DNA from: Escherichia coli
Lineage (GTDB): Bacteria > Pseudomonadota > Gammaproteobacteria > Enterobacterales > Enterobacteriaceae
Assembly (NCBI RefSeq): GCF_003018235.1
Contig: NZ_CP027437.1
DNA: 64,000 bases
Strand: one strand, 5' to 3'
A program made the translations under genes and the position numbers. Positions within the stretch are counted from its first letter, which is position 1. Each line of letters begins with the position of its first letter. The notes below the pieces were generated by a model, which was not told the DNA's origin, made no database searches, and saw only the letters and a program-made list of their open reading frames with translations. Shown one piece after another: positions 44,215 to 57,379 of the stretch.

Positions 44215-44598
44215 TTATCCGAAGCGATGAGAGTTATCCCGCAACCGGGTCAGCCACTGCATAGCCTGACTATTATTGTCCTGCTGTGCAATGATGTAGC
44301 CATGGGGCAATGTTCTGTCGAGGACCTCTTTTGCGGCGGCACTCTGGTCGCTGGAGTCAAAGGTAATTAACAGAGTGTCATTTTTGGGGGTGATACTTTT
44401 GAAAGGAATGCCGTGAGCGTCAAGGTGATGCCAGATTGAAAAACCGTCTGGCATCGTTGTGCCTTGATGAACGGCACGAATCGCCAGCGTAGACTCTTGC
44501 TGGCGAACCGCGGACCAGGCCAGCAACAGTGTGCCGACCAGAAGTAAAACAGCGCCGGACCAGGCTAGCTGGCGAAGCGACATGCGAGGTATTTGCAT
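44215..44598 (-). CDS. mzrA: Modulator of EnvZ/OmpR MzrA
   Basis: 127-aa [31 protein letters not shown]... Confidence 0.85.
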   Translation of the reverse strand: MQIPRMSLRQLAWSGAVLLLVGTLLLAWSAVRQQESTLAIRAVHQGTTMPDGFSIWHHLDAHGIPFKSITPKNDTLLITFDSSDQSAAAKEVLDRTLPHGYIIAQQDNNSQAMQWLTRLRDNSHRFG

Positions 44599-44601
44599 CC
44601 C

Positions 44602-45264
44602 TTACCCCCGATTTCCATATTTCTTTTTCCATAACACGACCAGAGAACCTGCCAGGCCAAACACCAGCAGCACCACCGGGAGCAGCATCAGGCATGACAT
44701 CAGCTGGTCCTCGTACTTTAAAAATACCGGCGTTTTGCCGAGCATGTAACCCAGAGTTGTCAGGATCAATACCCACAGCAGACCGCTCATCCAGTTGAAG
44801 AACTGAAAGCGCGCGTTATTCAGCCCTGATAATCCGGCAATCGTCGGCAGCAGTGTTCTGACAAATGCAATAAAGCGACCAATTAACAGCGCCGATAAAC
44901 CGTGTTTATGAAAAAGATGGTGTGCGCGTTGATGATAATGCGCGGGTAAATGAGATAGCCAGTTTTGTACAGTGCGGGTATTGCCCAACCATCGCCCCTG
45001 AATATAGCTGACCCAGCAACCGAGGCTGGCGGCAACGGTCAGCAGCAGAATCGTTTGCGGATAGCCCATCGCGCCTTTCGCAATCAATACGCCGACCAAC
45101 ACCAGTAAACTGTCGCCCGGTAAAAAGGCCGCCGGAAGCAAGCCGTTTTCAAGGAACAAAATTACAAACAAGACAAAATACAACATGCCAATCATCGACG
45201 GATTGGCCAGGGTTTCAAAATCCTGCGCCCACAGGGCTTGCAGCAATTGGGTCAAAAGTTCCAT
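44602..45264 (-). CDS. yqjA: DedA-family inner-membrane protein YqjA
   Basis: 220-aa polytopic ORF, 3 nt upstream of mzrA. Confidence 0.85.
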   Translation of the reverse strand: MELLTQLLQALWAQDFETLANPSMIGMLYFVLFVILFLENGLLPAAFLPGDSLLVLVGVLIAKGAMGYPQTILLLTVAASLGCWVSYIQGRWLGNTRTVQNWLSHLPAHYHQRAHHLFHKHGLSALLIGRFIAFVRTLLPTIAGLSGLNNARFQFFNWMSGLLWVLILTTLGYMLGKTPVFLKYEDQLMSCLMLLPVVLLVFGLAGSLVVLWKKKYGNRG

Positions 45265-45608
45265 TCATTATTCCTGGTGAATCGGTTAACGCCACGCTGG
45301 TTTTAAAAGATGCACTACCGCAATGTTATTGCTGTTTTGGTATGTTTTGCGGGTTTGATACATCAACACAGCCTGAACTATTCCCTGTTAAATCGTGAGA
45401 TAAGAAAGCATTCAAAAGCATAAATTCAAATTGAATCTAATTGTAACAAAGGTCAACGTTGTTCGTTATCAAAATTACATGTCCGTGGAGTCTGATTTTG
45501 CTGATTGCAGGGGAGGGTGGCGAGAGGATTTACACAGGCTGACACTTTATACTTTTCGCTTACCGACGAAGCAAACAGGCGCATTGCAGCGCCTGTCGGA
45601 TGGAAATT

Positions 45609-46385
45609 TCATTTGCTGCCGCTGGTGGCCGTATCGAGATGCACAACCGGGTTTTCTGCGAACAGATAGCGGTCGGCATTGAACTCGAAATCGTCGCTGG
45701 TTTCGTTAAATAACATGATTTTGGTGTTTTCCAGATGCTGCCACATTGCCAGCTTAGCAGCATGAGGATCTTTGCGAATTAACGCCTTGAGGATCTGATC
45801 GTGGTCATCGCACCAGTTATCGACAGTACGGGCATCAATGTGTTCGTGTAGTTTTTTCCAGTACGGGTTATGGCTACGTTGGGTCCACATTTTTTCAACG
45901 ATAGCCGCCAGGGCGGAGTTCTGCGTCGCCAGGGCTACCTGAATGTGGAACTGCAAATCCCACTCGGAATCACGGAAGCATTGTTCGCCGCGCGCCTGCT
46001 CCTGGATGGCCATCAATTTCATGATGTCCTGTTTCGTTACCTGAGTTGCCGCGAACTCGGCAATATTACTTTCGATGAGCTGGCGAGCCTGGAGCAACTC
46101 AAACGGACCGTAATTGGCGAATTCCATATTATTGTCCGCCGCCTGCTGATGACGCGGCTGGTTGGAAACCACGTGAATACCTGAACCTTTACGCACCTCC
46201 ACATAGCCTTCAACTTCCAGCATGATGATGGCTTCACGAACTACCGTACGGCTGACGTTCTTTTCATCGGCAATAAAGCGCTCAGCAGGCAGTTTATCAC
46301 CCACCAGATAGACGCCCTGTTCGATGCGCTCTTTCAGGTCAGCGGCAAGTTGTTGATACAAACGGCGTGGTTCAGTGATTTCCAT
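45609..46385 (-). CDS. exuR: GntR-family repressor of hexuronate regulon ExuR
   Basis: Start at [26 protein letters not shown] (258 aa). Confidence 0.85.
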   Translation of the reverse strand: MEITEPRRLYQQLAADLKERIEQGVYLVGDKLPAERFIADEKNVSRTVVREAIIMLEVEGYVEVRKGSGIHVVSNQPRHQQAADNNMEFANYGPFELLQARQLIESNIAEFAATQVTKQDIMKLMAIQEQARGEQCFRDSEWDLQFHIQVALATQNSALAAIVEKMWTQRSHNPYWKKLHEHIDARTVDNWCDDHDQILKALIRKDPHAAKLAMWQHLENTKIMLFNETSDDFEFNADRYLFAENPVVHLDTATSGSK

Positions 46386-46465
46386 ATGCGCTCCAGGCAT
46401 GATACGGCAGACTATATTTGTTATACCACTTTTGCGAGTTTAGCTCTACTCGCAGTGATGAAAAA

Positions 46466-46483
46466 GCCGCCTGAGAAGGCGGC
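46466..46483 (-). terminator. Rho-independent terminator downstream of exuT
   Basis: GCCGCC-tgagaa-GGCGGC hairpin followed on the minus strand by a U-run. Confidence 0.5.
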
Positions 46484-46514
46484 TTTGAAGGGAAACTAAA
46501 ACTTACACGAAGCC

Positions 46515-47813
46515 TTAATGTTGCGGTGCGGGATCGTTATGTGATTCCTGCGCCACCTCAATCGCCGGTTTGTTCTGCAACACGGTCCAGATAACCAGCG
46601 CACCTAACAGGTCGAACACTGCCAGAACTGCGAACAGCGGGCTGAAGCCGATGGTGTCAGCCAGTGCACCGACAACCAGCGCAAACAGCGTACTTGCCAG
46701 CCATGCGGACATCCCGGTTAAACCGTTCGCCGTTGCCACTTCGTTACGACCAAACACGTCGGAAGAGAGCGTAATCAGCGCGCCAGACAGTGCCTGGTGG
46801 GCAAAACCACCGATACACAGCAGCATAATTGCGACATACGGGTTGGTGAACAGACCGATCATACCCGGGCCAATCATCAGCACAGCACCCAGCGTTACGA
46901 CCATCTTACGGGAAACGATCAGGTTCACACCAAACCAACGCTGGAACAGCGGCGGCAGGTAACCACCGAGGATACAACCGAGGTCAGCAAACAGCATCGG
47001 CATCCAGGCAAACATCGCGATCTCTTTCAGGTTAAAGCCGTAAACTTTAAACATGAACAGCGGGATCCACGCGTTAAAAGTACCCCATGCCGGTTCTGCC
47101 AGGAAGCGCGGCAGCGCGATACCCCAGAACTGACGGTTACGCAGGATCTGACCAACGGACATTTTCTTCGCTGTGTCAACCTGGTGCTGGGCTTCCTGAC
47201 CATTAATAATGTAGTCGCGTTCTTCATCGGTCAGATGCTTCTGGTCGCGCGGATGTTTATAGAAAATCAGCCATGCCATCGCCCAGATAAAGCTCAATGC
47301 ACCGGAGATGATAAATGCCATCTGCCAGCTGTGCATTACGATTGCCCATACCACCAGCGGCGGTGCAATCATCGCACCAATCGAAGAACCTACGTTAAAG
47401 TAACCTACCGCGATGGAACGCTCTTTCGCCGGGAACCATTCGGAGCTGGCTTTCAGACCCGCCGGGATCATCGCTGCTTCCGCGGCACCGACCGCACCAC
47501 GAGCAACAGCCAGGCCGCCCCAGCTACCTGCCAGCGCGGTTGCACCACAGAACACGGCCCACAGCACAGCAAACATTGCATAACCGATTTTCGTACCCAG
47601 CACATCCAGTACATAACCTGCTACCGGTTGCATGACCGTATAAGCAGCAGAATAGGCTGCGATGATATAGGAATACTGTTGGGTGGAGATGTTTAACTCT
47701 TCCATCAGAGTTGGCGCAGCTGCCGCCACAGTGTTACGCGTCAGGTAACCAAGCACGGTGCCGAGCGTCACCAGTGCGATCATATACCAACGTAACCCTT
47801 TAATTTTACGCAT
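46515..47813 (-). CDS. exuT: Hexuronate (galacturonate/glucuronate) MFS transporter ExuT
   Basis: Start at MRKIKGLRWYMIALVTLG (432 aa); track ORF has a 40-codon upstream extension. Confidence 0.85.
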   Translation of the reverse strand: MRKIKGLRWYMIALVTLGTVLGYLTRNTVAAAAPTLMEELNISTQQYSYIIAAYSAAYTVMQPVAGYVLDVLGTKIGYAMFAVLWAVFCGATALAGSWGGLAVARGAVGAAEAAMIPAGLKASSEWFPAKERSIAVGYFNVGSSIGAMIAPPLVVWAIVMHSWQMAFIISGALSFIWAMAWLIFYKHPRDQKHLTDEERDYIINGQEAQHQVDTAKKMSVGQILRNRQFWGIALPRFLAEPAWGTFNAWIPLFMFKVYGFNLKEIAMFAWMPMLFADLGCILGGYLPPLFQRWFGVNLIVSRKMVVTLGAVLMIGPGMIGLFTNPYVAIMLLCIGGFAHQALSGALITLSSDVFGRNEVATANGLTGMSAWLASTLFALVVGALADTIGFSPLFAVLAVFDLLGALVIWTVLQNKPAIEVAQESHNDPAPQH

Positions 47814-48193
47814 GTAAAACCTCATCGTTTTGTTATATCCGCAGGAAGCGCGGCCATCATCCCGCCAGAGGCTGAAGATGTTAGTTACGACCGGGTAACC
47901 GAAAAAAAACCGGCACGCCCCGAACGTTGCCATGAAAGTTTCGTGCTAATTCGGCTTCCGTACCGGTTAACCCGATTCATCTAACAAATGAATGAATCGG
48001 CAATTTGCATTCCGTCGACTTATGATTTGCGACGGCAGAAAGATAACTTGTCATACAACTTTAAAAGGTGAGAGCCATCACAAATGTGGGAATATTTGTA
48101 GGGACATTACCTGACGACAGCGAGGCCAGTACTGGCGCGGCCTGCAGCGAGATTTACCACTTTGAGAGTAATTTTTTTAACTACGTTTATTGA

Positions 48194-49708
<1,515 letters not shown>

Positions 49709-49722
49709 GGTCTGGGGTTGAT

Positions 49723-51210
49723 ATGCAATACATCAAGATCCATGCGCTGGATAACGTCGCGGTCGCTTTAGCAGATTTGGCTGAAGGCACAGAAGTCAGT
49801 GTCGATAACCAGACTGTTACGCTGCGCCAGGATGTTGCTCGTGGACATAAATTTGCGTTAACGGATATCGCAAAAGGGGCCAACGTCATCAAATATGGCC
49901 TGCCGATTGGTTATGCATTGGCGGATATTGCGGCGGGGGAACACGTCCACGCCCACAATACGCGCACGAATCTGAGCGATCTGGATCAGTATCGCTATCA
50001 ACCTGATTTTCAGGATCTGCCTGCGCAAGCGGCAGATCGTGAAGTGCAGATCTATCGTCGCGCTAACGGCGATGTCGGGGTGCGTAATGAGCTGTGGATC
50101 CTGCCAACCGTGGGCTGTGTCAACGGCATCGCGCGGCAGATCCAAAATCGTTTCCTGAAAGAGACCAACAACGCCGAAGGTACCGACGGCGTGTTCCTCT
50201 TCAGCCACACCTACGGCTGCTCACAGCTGGGCGACGATCACATTAATACCCGCACCATGCTGCAAAACATGGTGCGCCACCCGAACGCAGGGGCAGTGCT
50301 GGTGATTGGTCTGGGCTGTGAAAACAACCAGGTTGCCGCATTCCGTGAAACGCTGGGCGATATCGATCCTGAACGCGTTCATTTCATGATCTGCCAACAG
50401 CAGGATGATGAGATCGAAGCCGGGATCGAGCATTTGCATCAGCTGTATAGCGTGATGCGCAACGATAAACGCGAGCCGGGCAAACTCAGCGAACTGAAGT
50501 TTGGTCTGGAGTGCGGTGGTTCTGACGGTCTTTCTGGTATTACTGCTAACCCGATGCTGGGGCGTTTCTCTGACTACGTGATTGCTAACGGCGGTACTAC
50601 CGTACTGACCGAAGTGCCGGAGATGTTCGGCGCAGAGCAGTTGCTGATGGACCATTGTCGTGACGAAGCAACGTTTGAAAAACTGGTCACCATGGTCAAT
50701 GACTTCAAGCAGTACTTTATTGCCCATGACCAGCCGATTTACGAAAACCCATCACCGGGGAACAAAGCGGGTGGTATCACCACGCTGGAAGATAAATCCC
50801 TTGGCTGTACCCAGAAAGCGGGTTCCAGTGTCGTGGTTGACGTGCTGCGTTACGGCGAGCGTCTGAAAACGCCGGGGCTGAACTTGTTAAGTGCGCCAGG
50901 TAACGATGCCGTAGCGACCAGCGCCCTGGCGGGTGCGGGCTGCCATATGGTGCTGTTCAGTACTGGTCGCGGCACGCCATACGGCGGCTTTGTACCGACG
51001 GTGAAAATCGCCACCAACAGCGAACTGGCGGCGAAGAAAAAACACTGGATCGACTTTGACGCGGGTCAGCTGATCCACGGTAAAGCGATGCCGCAGTTGC
51101 TGGAAGAATTCATCGATACCATCGTTGAGTTTGCCAACGGTAAGCAAACCTGTAACGAGCGTAACGACTTCCGCGAACTGGCGATCTTCAAAAGCGGCGT
51201 AACGCTATAA
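49723..51210 (+). CDS. uxaA: Altronate dehydratase UxaA
   Basis: 495-aa ORF, SAF + UxaA dehydratase family (paralog of GarD). Confidence 0.9.
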   Translation: MQYIKIHALDNVAVALADLAEGTEVSVDNQTVTLRQDVARGHKFALTDIAKGANVIKYGLPIGYALADIAAGEHVHAHNTRTNLSDLDQYRYQPDFQDLPAQAADREVQIYRRANGDVGVRNELWILPTVGCVNGIARQIQNRFLKETNNAEGTDGVFLFSHTYGCSQLGDDHINTRTMLQNMVRHPNAGAVLVIGLGCENNQVAAFRETLGDIDPERVHFMICQQQDDEIEAGIEHLHQLYSVMRNDKREPGKLSELKFGLECGGSDGLSGITANPMLGRFSDYVIANGGTTVLTEVPEMFGAEQLLMDHCRDEATFEKLVTMVNDFKQYFIAHDQPIYENPSPGNKAGGITTLEDKSLGCTQKAGSSVVVDVLRYGERLKTPGLNLLSAPGNDAVATSALAGAGCHMVLFSTGRGTPYGGFVPTVKIATNSELAAKKKHWIDFDAGQLIHGKAMPQLLEEFIDTIVEFANGKQTCNERNDFRELAIFKSGVTL

Positions 51211-51232
51211 AGTCGAAATGAGTTGTTAATAA

Positions 51233-51270
51233 AAAACGGCGTTTCATAATGTGAAGCGCCGTTTGCTTTT
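51233..51270 (+). terminator. Candidate rho-independent terminator after uxaA
   Basis: AAACGGCGTTTC / GAAGCGCCGTTT imperfect hairpin followed by GCTTTT. Confidence 0.45.
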
Positions 51271-51292
51271 CCAGACCTGCTAAGGATTTATC

Positions 51293-51844
51293 ATGACCGC
51301 GTATTGGCTGGCCCAGGGCGTGGGTGTCATCGCCTTTCTGATTGGTATCACAACATTTTTCAATCGTGACGAACGTCGCTTCAAAAAGCAGCTTTCGGTC
51401 TATAGCGCCGTTATTGGCGTACATTTTTTTCTTCTGGGCACCTATCCCGCGGGGGCCAGCGCCATCCTTAATGCCATTCGTACACTCATTACCTTACGCA
51501 CGCGTAGCTTATGGGTAATGGCGATTTTTATTGTGCTGACTGGCGGAATTGGCCTCGCGAAGTTCCATCATCCTGTCGAACTATTGCCGGTAATCGGCAC
51601 GATTGTCAGTACCTGGGCGCTGTTCCGCTGTAAAGGGCTGACCATGCGCTGCGTAATGTGGTTTTCAACGTGTTGCTGGGTGATTCACAACTTCTGGGCG
51701 GGGTCGATAGGCGGCACGATGATTGAGGGGAGTTTTCTGCTCATGAATGGCCTGAATATCATTCGTTTCTGGCGGATGCAGAAAAGGGGAATTGATCCGT
51801 TTAAAGTAGAGAAAACCCCTTCCGCCGTAGACGAAAGGGGTTAA
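51293..51844 (+). CDS. ygjV: Inner-membrane protein YgjV
   Basis: 183-aa polytopic ORF. Confidence 0.8.
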   Translation: MTAYWLAQGVGVIAFLIGITTFFNRDERRFKKQLSVYSAVIGVHFFLLGTYPAGASAILNAIRTLITLRTRSLWVMAIFIVLTGGIGLAKFHHPVELLPVIGTIVSTWALFRCKGLTMRCVMWFSTCCWVIHNFWAGSIGGTMIEGSFLLMNGLNIIRFWRMQKRGIDPFKVEKTPSAVDERG

Positions 51845-51848
51845 ACAA

Positions 51849-53093
51849 TTAATTACGCAGGGCGCTATTTGCCAGACGATCGTCTTCTGCCTGGCAAGCT
51901 GCCGCAGTGAACAGCACGTCAGTTGAAGAGTTCAGCGCGGTTTCGCAAGAGTCCTGCAATACGCCGATGATAAAGCCAACGGCAACCACCTGCATGGCGA
52001 TATCGTTCGAAATACCGAACATATTACAGGCCAGTGGGATCAGCAGCAAAGACCCCCCCGCCACGCCGGATGCGCCACAGGCACACAGAGAAGCCACTAC
52101 GCTCAACAGCAGCGCTGTGGGCAGATCGACCGGAATACCCAGCGTATTAACCGCAGCCAGCGTCAACACGGTAATGGTGATTGCTGCGCCTGCCATATTG
52201 ATGGTGGCTCCCAGCGGAATAGAAACGGAATAGGTATCGCGATCCAGATTCAGCTTTTCACACAGCGCCATATTCACCGGAATGTTCGCTGCAGAGCTGC
52301 GGGTGAAGAAGGCATACACACCGCTTTCACGCAGGCACAGCAGCACCAGCGGGAACGGGTTACGACGAATTTTCCACCACACCAGCAATGGGTTAACCAC
52401 CAGCGCCACCAGTAACATACAGCCAACCAGCACGACCAGCAGTTGCGCGTAGCCCCACAGTGTGGAGAAACCGGTGGTTGCCAGGGTAGAAGAAACCAGA
52501 CCAAAAATACCGATCGGTGCGAAGCGAATGACCAGTTTCACCATAAAGGTGACGGCATTCGACATATCGTTGATCAGGTTTTTGGTGGTCTCGTTACCGT
52601 GACGCAGTGCGAAACCGAGGCCAATTGCCCACACCAGGATCCCGATGTAGTTACCTTTCAGCAGCGCGTCGATGGGGTTGGAAACCATGCTCATTACCAG
52701 CCCGCGCATCACTTCTACAATGCCTGACGGCGGCGAAATATCACCCGCGCTACTGGATAAGTGTAGGGTAGAAGGGAAGGCAAAGCTGAAGACTACTGCG
52801 GCCAGAGCAGCAGAGAAGGTGCCCAGCAGATAGAGGAACAAAATAGGGCGGATATTGGTTTTCTGCCCGTGCTGGTGGTTAGCAATAGATGCCATCACCA
52901 GCATCAACACCAGGATGGGGGCAACGGCTTTCAGTGCGCCGACGAACAAAGTACCTAACAGACCAACAGCTTCCGCCGCGGGTTTTGAGATCCATGCCAG
53001 AAGAATCCCCAGAACAAGGCCGACCAGGATTTGTTTTACCAGGCTGCCATGAGCCAGACGCCGGAATAGCCCCGGTGAACGTTGCGTAGTCAT
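51849..53093 (-). CDS. sstT: Serine/threonine:Na+ symporter SstT
   Basis: 414-aa DAACS-family [28 protein letters not shown]... Confidence 0.9.
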   Translation of the reverse strand: MTTQRSPGLFRRLAHGSLVKQILVGLVLGILLAWISKPAAEAVGLLGTLFVGALKAVAPILVLMLVMASIANHQHGQKTNIRPILFLYLLGTFSAALAAVVFSFAFPSTLHLSSSAGDISPPSGIVEVMRGLVMSMVSNPIDALLKGNYIGILVWAIGLGFALRHGNETTKNLINDMSNAVTFMVKLVIRFAPIGIFGLVSSTLATTGFSTLWGYAQLLVVLVGCMLLVALVVNPLLVWWKIRRNPFPLVLLCLRESGVYAFFTRSSAANIPVNMALCEKLNLDRDTYSVSIPLGATINMAGAAITITVLTLAAVNTLGIPVDLPTALLLSVVASLCACGASGVAGGSLLLIPLACNMFGISNDIAMQVVAVGFIIGVLQDSCETALNSSTDVLFTAAACQAEDDRLANSALRN

Positions 53094-53389
53094 TTTTCGA
53101 TCCTTTCATTGTGTTGTCGCACATCCCTGGTGCGTTCTGTCGACGCATCTTTCAGGATGTAACAAAGTGTTTGCAAGGTCGAGTATAAGGAAAGTTACAG
53201 CTTCGGGAAGCGAAAAATGCTGGATTTTAAAGAGAGGTCATGTTTTGCAACTTAATGGTTACATTTGTTTGACATAAACAGAGGGAAGGACTGGCTACTA
53301 AGGCTGATTAGATAACATATGGGCAAAACTATTTGGAATATGAGAACGGTTGCGCTCCTTTAATGTGCTATGCCATATAAAGTCACTGG

Positions 53390-53620
53390 CGCAGGGAGCG
53401 CGCAGGGGGCGGCCAATCGCCGCCGCCCCCTGCACCCCCAGGCTCTGGCGAACAAAATCGCCGCTGCGCGGTTCCCTCAGCTTATCCCTTGCGGCTACCG
53501 GGTCGGGCGTAAGGGAACGTCCCTGTAAGATGCGCCCTCGCCGCGCATCCATGCGCGTCGCCCCGGCCTCCAGGGAACGCTTCGGCGATTTTGACGCCAC
53601 CAACACCCGTGCGGTCTTTT
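53390..53620. other. GC-rich intergenic element with nested inverted repeats (function unknown)
   Basis: Hairpin CAGGGGGCGG/CCGCCCCCTG (53403-53432), long-range inverted repeat CAAAATCGCCG/CGGCGATTTTG (53453-53463 / 53583-53593), palindrome CGCGCATCCATGCGCG (53542-53557), repeated AGGGAACG motif; no convincing ORF. Confidence 0.3.
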
Positions 53621-53708
53621 TGTAAAGAGCTATAAGCCGATTACATAATTAATAGCTCACCTTTGTCTGGAATGAGTTATCTCTAGTAATGGCTTAATAT
53701 ACAGCGAA

Positions 53709-54674
53709 TCATTCTCCCCGCTGCTTATCATGCCGATAATTCACCCAGGCGTTGATAATAAATGTCATCACCAGAATGCCAAACACCACGCCCAGCGAGA
53801 CGGCGATTGGAATATGGTAGAAGTCGACAATCAGCATCTTGATACCGATAAACACCAGAATCACCGCCAGGCCATATTTGAGCATCGAGAAACGTTCTGC
53901 TACGCCCGCCAGCAGGAAATACATCGCACGCAGGCCGAGGATCGCAAACAGGTTTGAGGTCAGCACAATAAACGGATCGGTGGTCACGGCGAAGATAGCC
54001 GGGATGCTATCCACGGCGAAAATCACGTCGCTCAATTCCACCAGAATCAGCACCAGCATCAGCGGCGTGGCATACAGCAAGCCATTCTTACGCACAAAGA
54101 AATGCTCGTTGTCGATGGTGTCGGTCATGCGCAAATGACCGCGTAGCCAGCGCACCAGCGGCTTGTCGCCAATGCCTGATTCATCTTCATGGGCGAGCGC
54201 CATCTTCACGCCGGTAAACAACAGGAAGGCACCGAAGATATACAGGATCCAGTCGAACTGCGAAATCAGCCAGCTGCCAGTGAAGATCATGATGGTACGC
54301 AGAACAATCGCCCCGAGCACGCCATACACCAGCACGCGGCGTTGTAATGCCGCCGGAACAGAGAAATAGCTGAACAACATCAGCCAGACAAAGACGTTAT
54401 CGACCGCCAGCGATTTCTCAATCAGATAACCCGTGAGAAAGGCCAGTGCCTGTGGATCGGCAACGGCGCGACCTTCGGTTTGCACCAGATACCACCAGAA
54501 AGCGGCGTTAAACAGTAACGACAGCGTCACCCAGACCAGCGACCAGGCCGCAGCCTGTTTCATGGTCATGGCATGTGCCCCACGACGCCCCTGCAACAAC
54601 AGGTCGATAGCCAGCATAATGGCGACAACAACAGCGAATCCGCCCCATAGCAACGGCGTGCCGACAGTATTCAT
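53709..54674 (-). CDS. alx: TerC-family membrane protein Alx (putative Mn2+ exporter)
   Basis: 321-aa [30 protein letters not shown]... Confidence 0.9.
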   Translation of the reverse strand: MNTVGTPLLWGGFAVVVAIMLAIDLLLQGRRGAHAMTMKQAAAWSLVWVTLSLLFNAAFWWYLVQTEGRAVADPQALAFLTGYLIEKSLAVDNVFVWLMLFSYFSVPAALQRRVLVYGVLGAIVLRTIMIFTGSWLISQFDWILYIFGAFLLFTGVKMALAHEDESGIGDKPLVRWLRGHLRMTDTIDNEHFFVRKNGLLYATPLMLVLILVELSDVIFAVDSIPAIFAVTTDPFIVLTSNLFAILGLRAMYFLLAGVAERFSMLKYGLAVILVFIGIKMLIVDFYHIPIAVSLGVVFGILVMTFIINAWVNYRHDKQRGE

Positions 54675-54699
54675 AGAAGTTCCTTACACATAAAAAAAA

Positions 54700-54910
54700 C
54701 GGCCAACGTCGGAAGACGTCAGCCGCTGCTTTTTATGCATAGACCTCGCCTTCCGGCAAGGTCTCACTTACAACAAAAAAGGAATACGTCTGCGTATTCC
54801 TTTCGGGTTGCCCGGTGACCGGATGTGGTTTTTCACACATCGTAATGACGATCGACCGACAATGAAGTTACTCCCCTTTGCAGGTAACAAAGTATGACAG
54901 ACCATTCAGC
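54700..54910 (-). ncRNA. alx 5' leader: yybP-ykoY-family (Mn2+/alkaline-pH responsive) riboswitch element (SraF/PRE region)
   Basis: Minus-strand leader contains CUUUGUUACCUGCAAAGGGGAGUAAC... characteristic of the yybP-ykoY motif; located in the ygjR-alx intergenic region. Confidence 0.55.
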
Positions 54911-54957
54911 CAGTCAATGGTCTGTTACATACCTTTTACACTGTTTTACTTTGGCAA

Positions 54958-55944
54958 TTATAGTTTTACGCTATCTGCCGGAAAAATCACCCCAGTCTGG
55001 CGGCGGATCTCAGTCAGCAGTTTGGCGGTGATGCGACTGACCGCCAGCCCTGGATGATCCACCAGATGTTCATCCACCAGTTCAGCAAACAGCTCTGCTT
55101 CGTAGAGCATGGTATTAATATGCTGCGGTTGGGTGAGATCCTGCATCTGGCTGCCACGCGGAACAAAGCAAACTTTCTGGCATTCAGACAGTTTTTCAAT
55201 CACCAGCGATCCTGCTTCGCCCTGAATCTCGCTTGCCAGGACAGAATCGCTCACTTTTGAGTGCTGCAACGTAACGCTGAAATCACCGTAATCCATCACC
55301 ACCACGCCGTGGGCATCCACACCGCTTGCCAGCAAACTGGCGGTTGCCTGCACGCTTTTCGGTTCACCGAATAATGCCACCGCCGACGCCAGGCAGTAAA
55401 AGCCGATATCCATAATCGAACCGTTAGAGAATGCCGGATTAAAGGTGTTGGGATTCTCACCATCCAGGTAACGTTGATACCGCGAGGAATACTGGCAATA
55501 GTTGAAAAAGACTTTACGCAGTTTGCCGACTTTCGGCAGTGCCTGGCGTAACAGATGAAAGTTCGGCAGACTGGCGGTTTTAAATGCCTCAAACAGCACC
55601 ACCTGATTTTCCCGCGCACAGGCAATGGCGGCATCCACTTCCGCCAGATTCGATGCCAGCGGCTTCTCGCAAATCACATGAATTTTGTGGCTAAGGAAAA
55701 GTTGTGTCTGGGAAAAGTGCAGGGCATTCGGGCTAGCAATATACACCGCGTCAATGGCATCGCTTTCTGCCATCGCTTCCAGCGAGGTAAACAGATGCTC
55801 GACAGAAAAATCATTGGCAAAGTGCTGGGCCTGCTCAAGGCTGCGGGAATAAACGGCGGTTAACTTGTATTTACCGCTCTCATGGGCGGCCTCGACGAAC
55901 TGGCGAGTGATCCAGTTCGTACCAATCACAGCGAAACGTATCAT
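54958..55944 (-). CDS. ygjR: Gfo/Idh/MocA-family NAD(P)-dependent oxidoreductase YgjR
   Basis: Start at MIRFAVIGTNWITRQF (328 aa), Rossmann N-terminus. Confidence 0.8.
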   Translation of the reverse strand: MIRFAVIGTNWITRQFVEAAHESGKYKLTAVYSRSLEQAQHFANDFSVEHLFTSLEAMAESDAIDAVYIASPNALHFSQTQLFLSHKIHVICEKPLASNLAEVDAAIACARENQVVLFEAFKTASLPNFHLLRQALPKVGKLRKVFFNYCQYSSRYQRYLDGENPNTFNPAFSNGSIMDIGFYCLASAVALFGEPKSVQATASLLASGVDAHGVVVMDYGDFSVTLQHSKVSDSVLASEIQGEAGSLVIEKLSECQKVCFVPRGSQMQDLTQPQHINTMLYEAELFAELVDEHLVDHPGLAVSRITAKLLTEIRRQTGVIFPADSVKL

Positions 55945-56022
55945 AACGCGTGGATACTCCATAAAGGGATTCTGTCGTCAATGTAGCACGCCTTTTTCAT
56001 CTTCGACGTGCGCAGATACGCA

Positions 56023-56715
56023 TTATTCTTTCGCCGGACAGCCATGCTCACTAAACGGCCCAATCATGACCGATGGCCCGAGATATTTCGGCTGGCGATG
56101 GAGGATTTTTGCGTCAATCACCGCGCTGACGCGAGCGAGTTTCTCCCGCAGTTGAGTATAAAAACCGTGCTTCATATTGAGGTCTGGCGCGTTAAAACCG
56201 ATAGCGTCGATGCCGTACTGTTTTGCCAGCCAGATGGCGCGTTGGTTATGAAATTCTTGCGAAATAATGGTGATATGGTTTTCCCCAAACACCTTTTTGG
56301 CACGCACCACCGAATCAAGCGTTGAGAATCCGGCATAGTCGCAGAAGATCACTTTTGCCGGTACGCCTTTAGCGATTAAAGCCTGCTGCATACCTGATGC
56401 TTCATCGTAATTTTTACGTCCGTTATCGCCACTTACCAGTAGCCATTTCACTTTTCCGGCGTGGTACAACGCTGCTGCGGTATCAATACGTCGGGTAAAG
56501 TAGCGATTACCCGGCCTCGCCCCCAGCAATAAACCCACGTTACGCGCCGGAACGGCGTTGACATCGCTCCAGGTCAGCTGCTTGCTGGCGTTGACCATAA
56601 CGCGATCGGCAATAAAAATGGTCGCTCCTGCTATAAGCAACAATAAACAGCCAATCTTAAGAGTCCGGCGAGAAAAACAAATACGGAGAAGAAGGCGGGC
56701 AAAGGCGCGCAGCAT
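56023..56715 (-). CDS. ygjQ: DUF218 (ElyC/SanA-like) protein YgjQ
   Basis: 230-aa ORF with N-terminal membrane anchor. Confidence 0.8.
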   Translation of the reverse strand: MLRAFARLLLRICFSRRTLKIGCLLLLIAGATIFIADRVMVNASKQLTWSDVNAVPARNVGLLLGARPGNRYFTRRIDTAAALYHAGKVKWLLVSGDNGRKNYDEASGMQQALIAKGVPAKVIFCDYAGFSTLDSVVRAKKVFGENHITIISQEFHNQRAIWLAKQYGIDAIGFNAPDLNMKHGFYTQLREKLARVSAVIDAKILHRQPKYLGPSVMIGPFSEHGCPAKE

Positions 56716-56791
56716 GGTCGTTATCCTTAACGAAAGGGGGGAGGTCGATTTTAGGCGCTAAAGGAAGAAAAGATAACGCCTGACATCATTT

Positions 56792-57295
56792 TCAGATTTT
56801 GTCCTGCCCAAGCGACAACTGCGTTAGCCACAGCCGGGTGTCGAACTCAAGCTGGTGGTACTGCGGCTCCATATGGCAGCACAATTGATAGAACGCTTTG
56901 TTATGCTCTTTCTCCTTCAGGTGCGCCAACTCGTGCACCACGATCATGCTCAAAAACGGTTCCGGCGCGTTGCGAAACACGGTAGCGACGCGGATCTCCG
57001 CCTTTGCTTTCAGCTTGCCGCCCTGCACACGCGAAACAGCGGTATGTAACCCGAGCGCGTTTTTCAGCACATGGATCTTGTTGTCATACATCACTTTAGT
57101 GATCGGCGGGGCATTGCGCAGAAACTGATTTTTAAGATCCTGAGTATATTGCCAGAGGGCTTTATCGGTGGCGTAGTCGTGTGTTCCCGGATAGCGTTTT
57201 GCCAGCACATCGCCCAGACGCTGTTCGTTAATCAGCGTTCGCACCTGGGAAAGTAGCTGGTCGGGATAACCCTGAAGATAAGTAAGATTGCTCAT
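56792..57295 (-). CDS. ygjP: Metal-dependent hydrolase YgjP (HExxH, DUF45/WLM-like)
   Basis: Start at [17 protein letters not shown] (167 aa); zinc motif VVHELAHL. Confidence 0.8.
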   Translation of the reverse strand: MSNLTYLQGYPDQLLSQVRTLINEQRLGDVLAKRYPGTHDYATDKALWQYTQDLKNQFLRNAPPITKVMYDNKIHVLKNALGLHTAVSRVQGGKLKAKAEIRVATVFRNAPEPFLSMIVVHELAHLKEKEHNKAFYQLCCHMEPQYHQLEFDTRLWLTQLSLGQDKI

Positions 57296-57379
57296 AACCG
57301 CCCACGAAAAAGAGAAAAAGGGTATACTCACGCACCCTTTTCAGGGGCAACGTCGAAATTTTATCATTCAGGAGGGCCG

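Noticed and set aside
46797-47696. 299-aa plus-strand ORF
   Set aside because: Entirely antisense within exuT; Arg/His/Cys-rich low-complexity translation typical of shadow ORFs in GC-rich genes
53298-53625. Overlapping 102-aa (minus) and 91-aa (plus) ORFs inside the GC-rich alx-sstT element
   Set aside because: No RBS, Arg/Pro/Ala-rich translations typical of random GC-rich DNA; the region is better explained as a structured non-coding element
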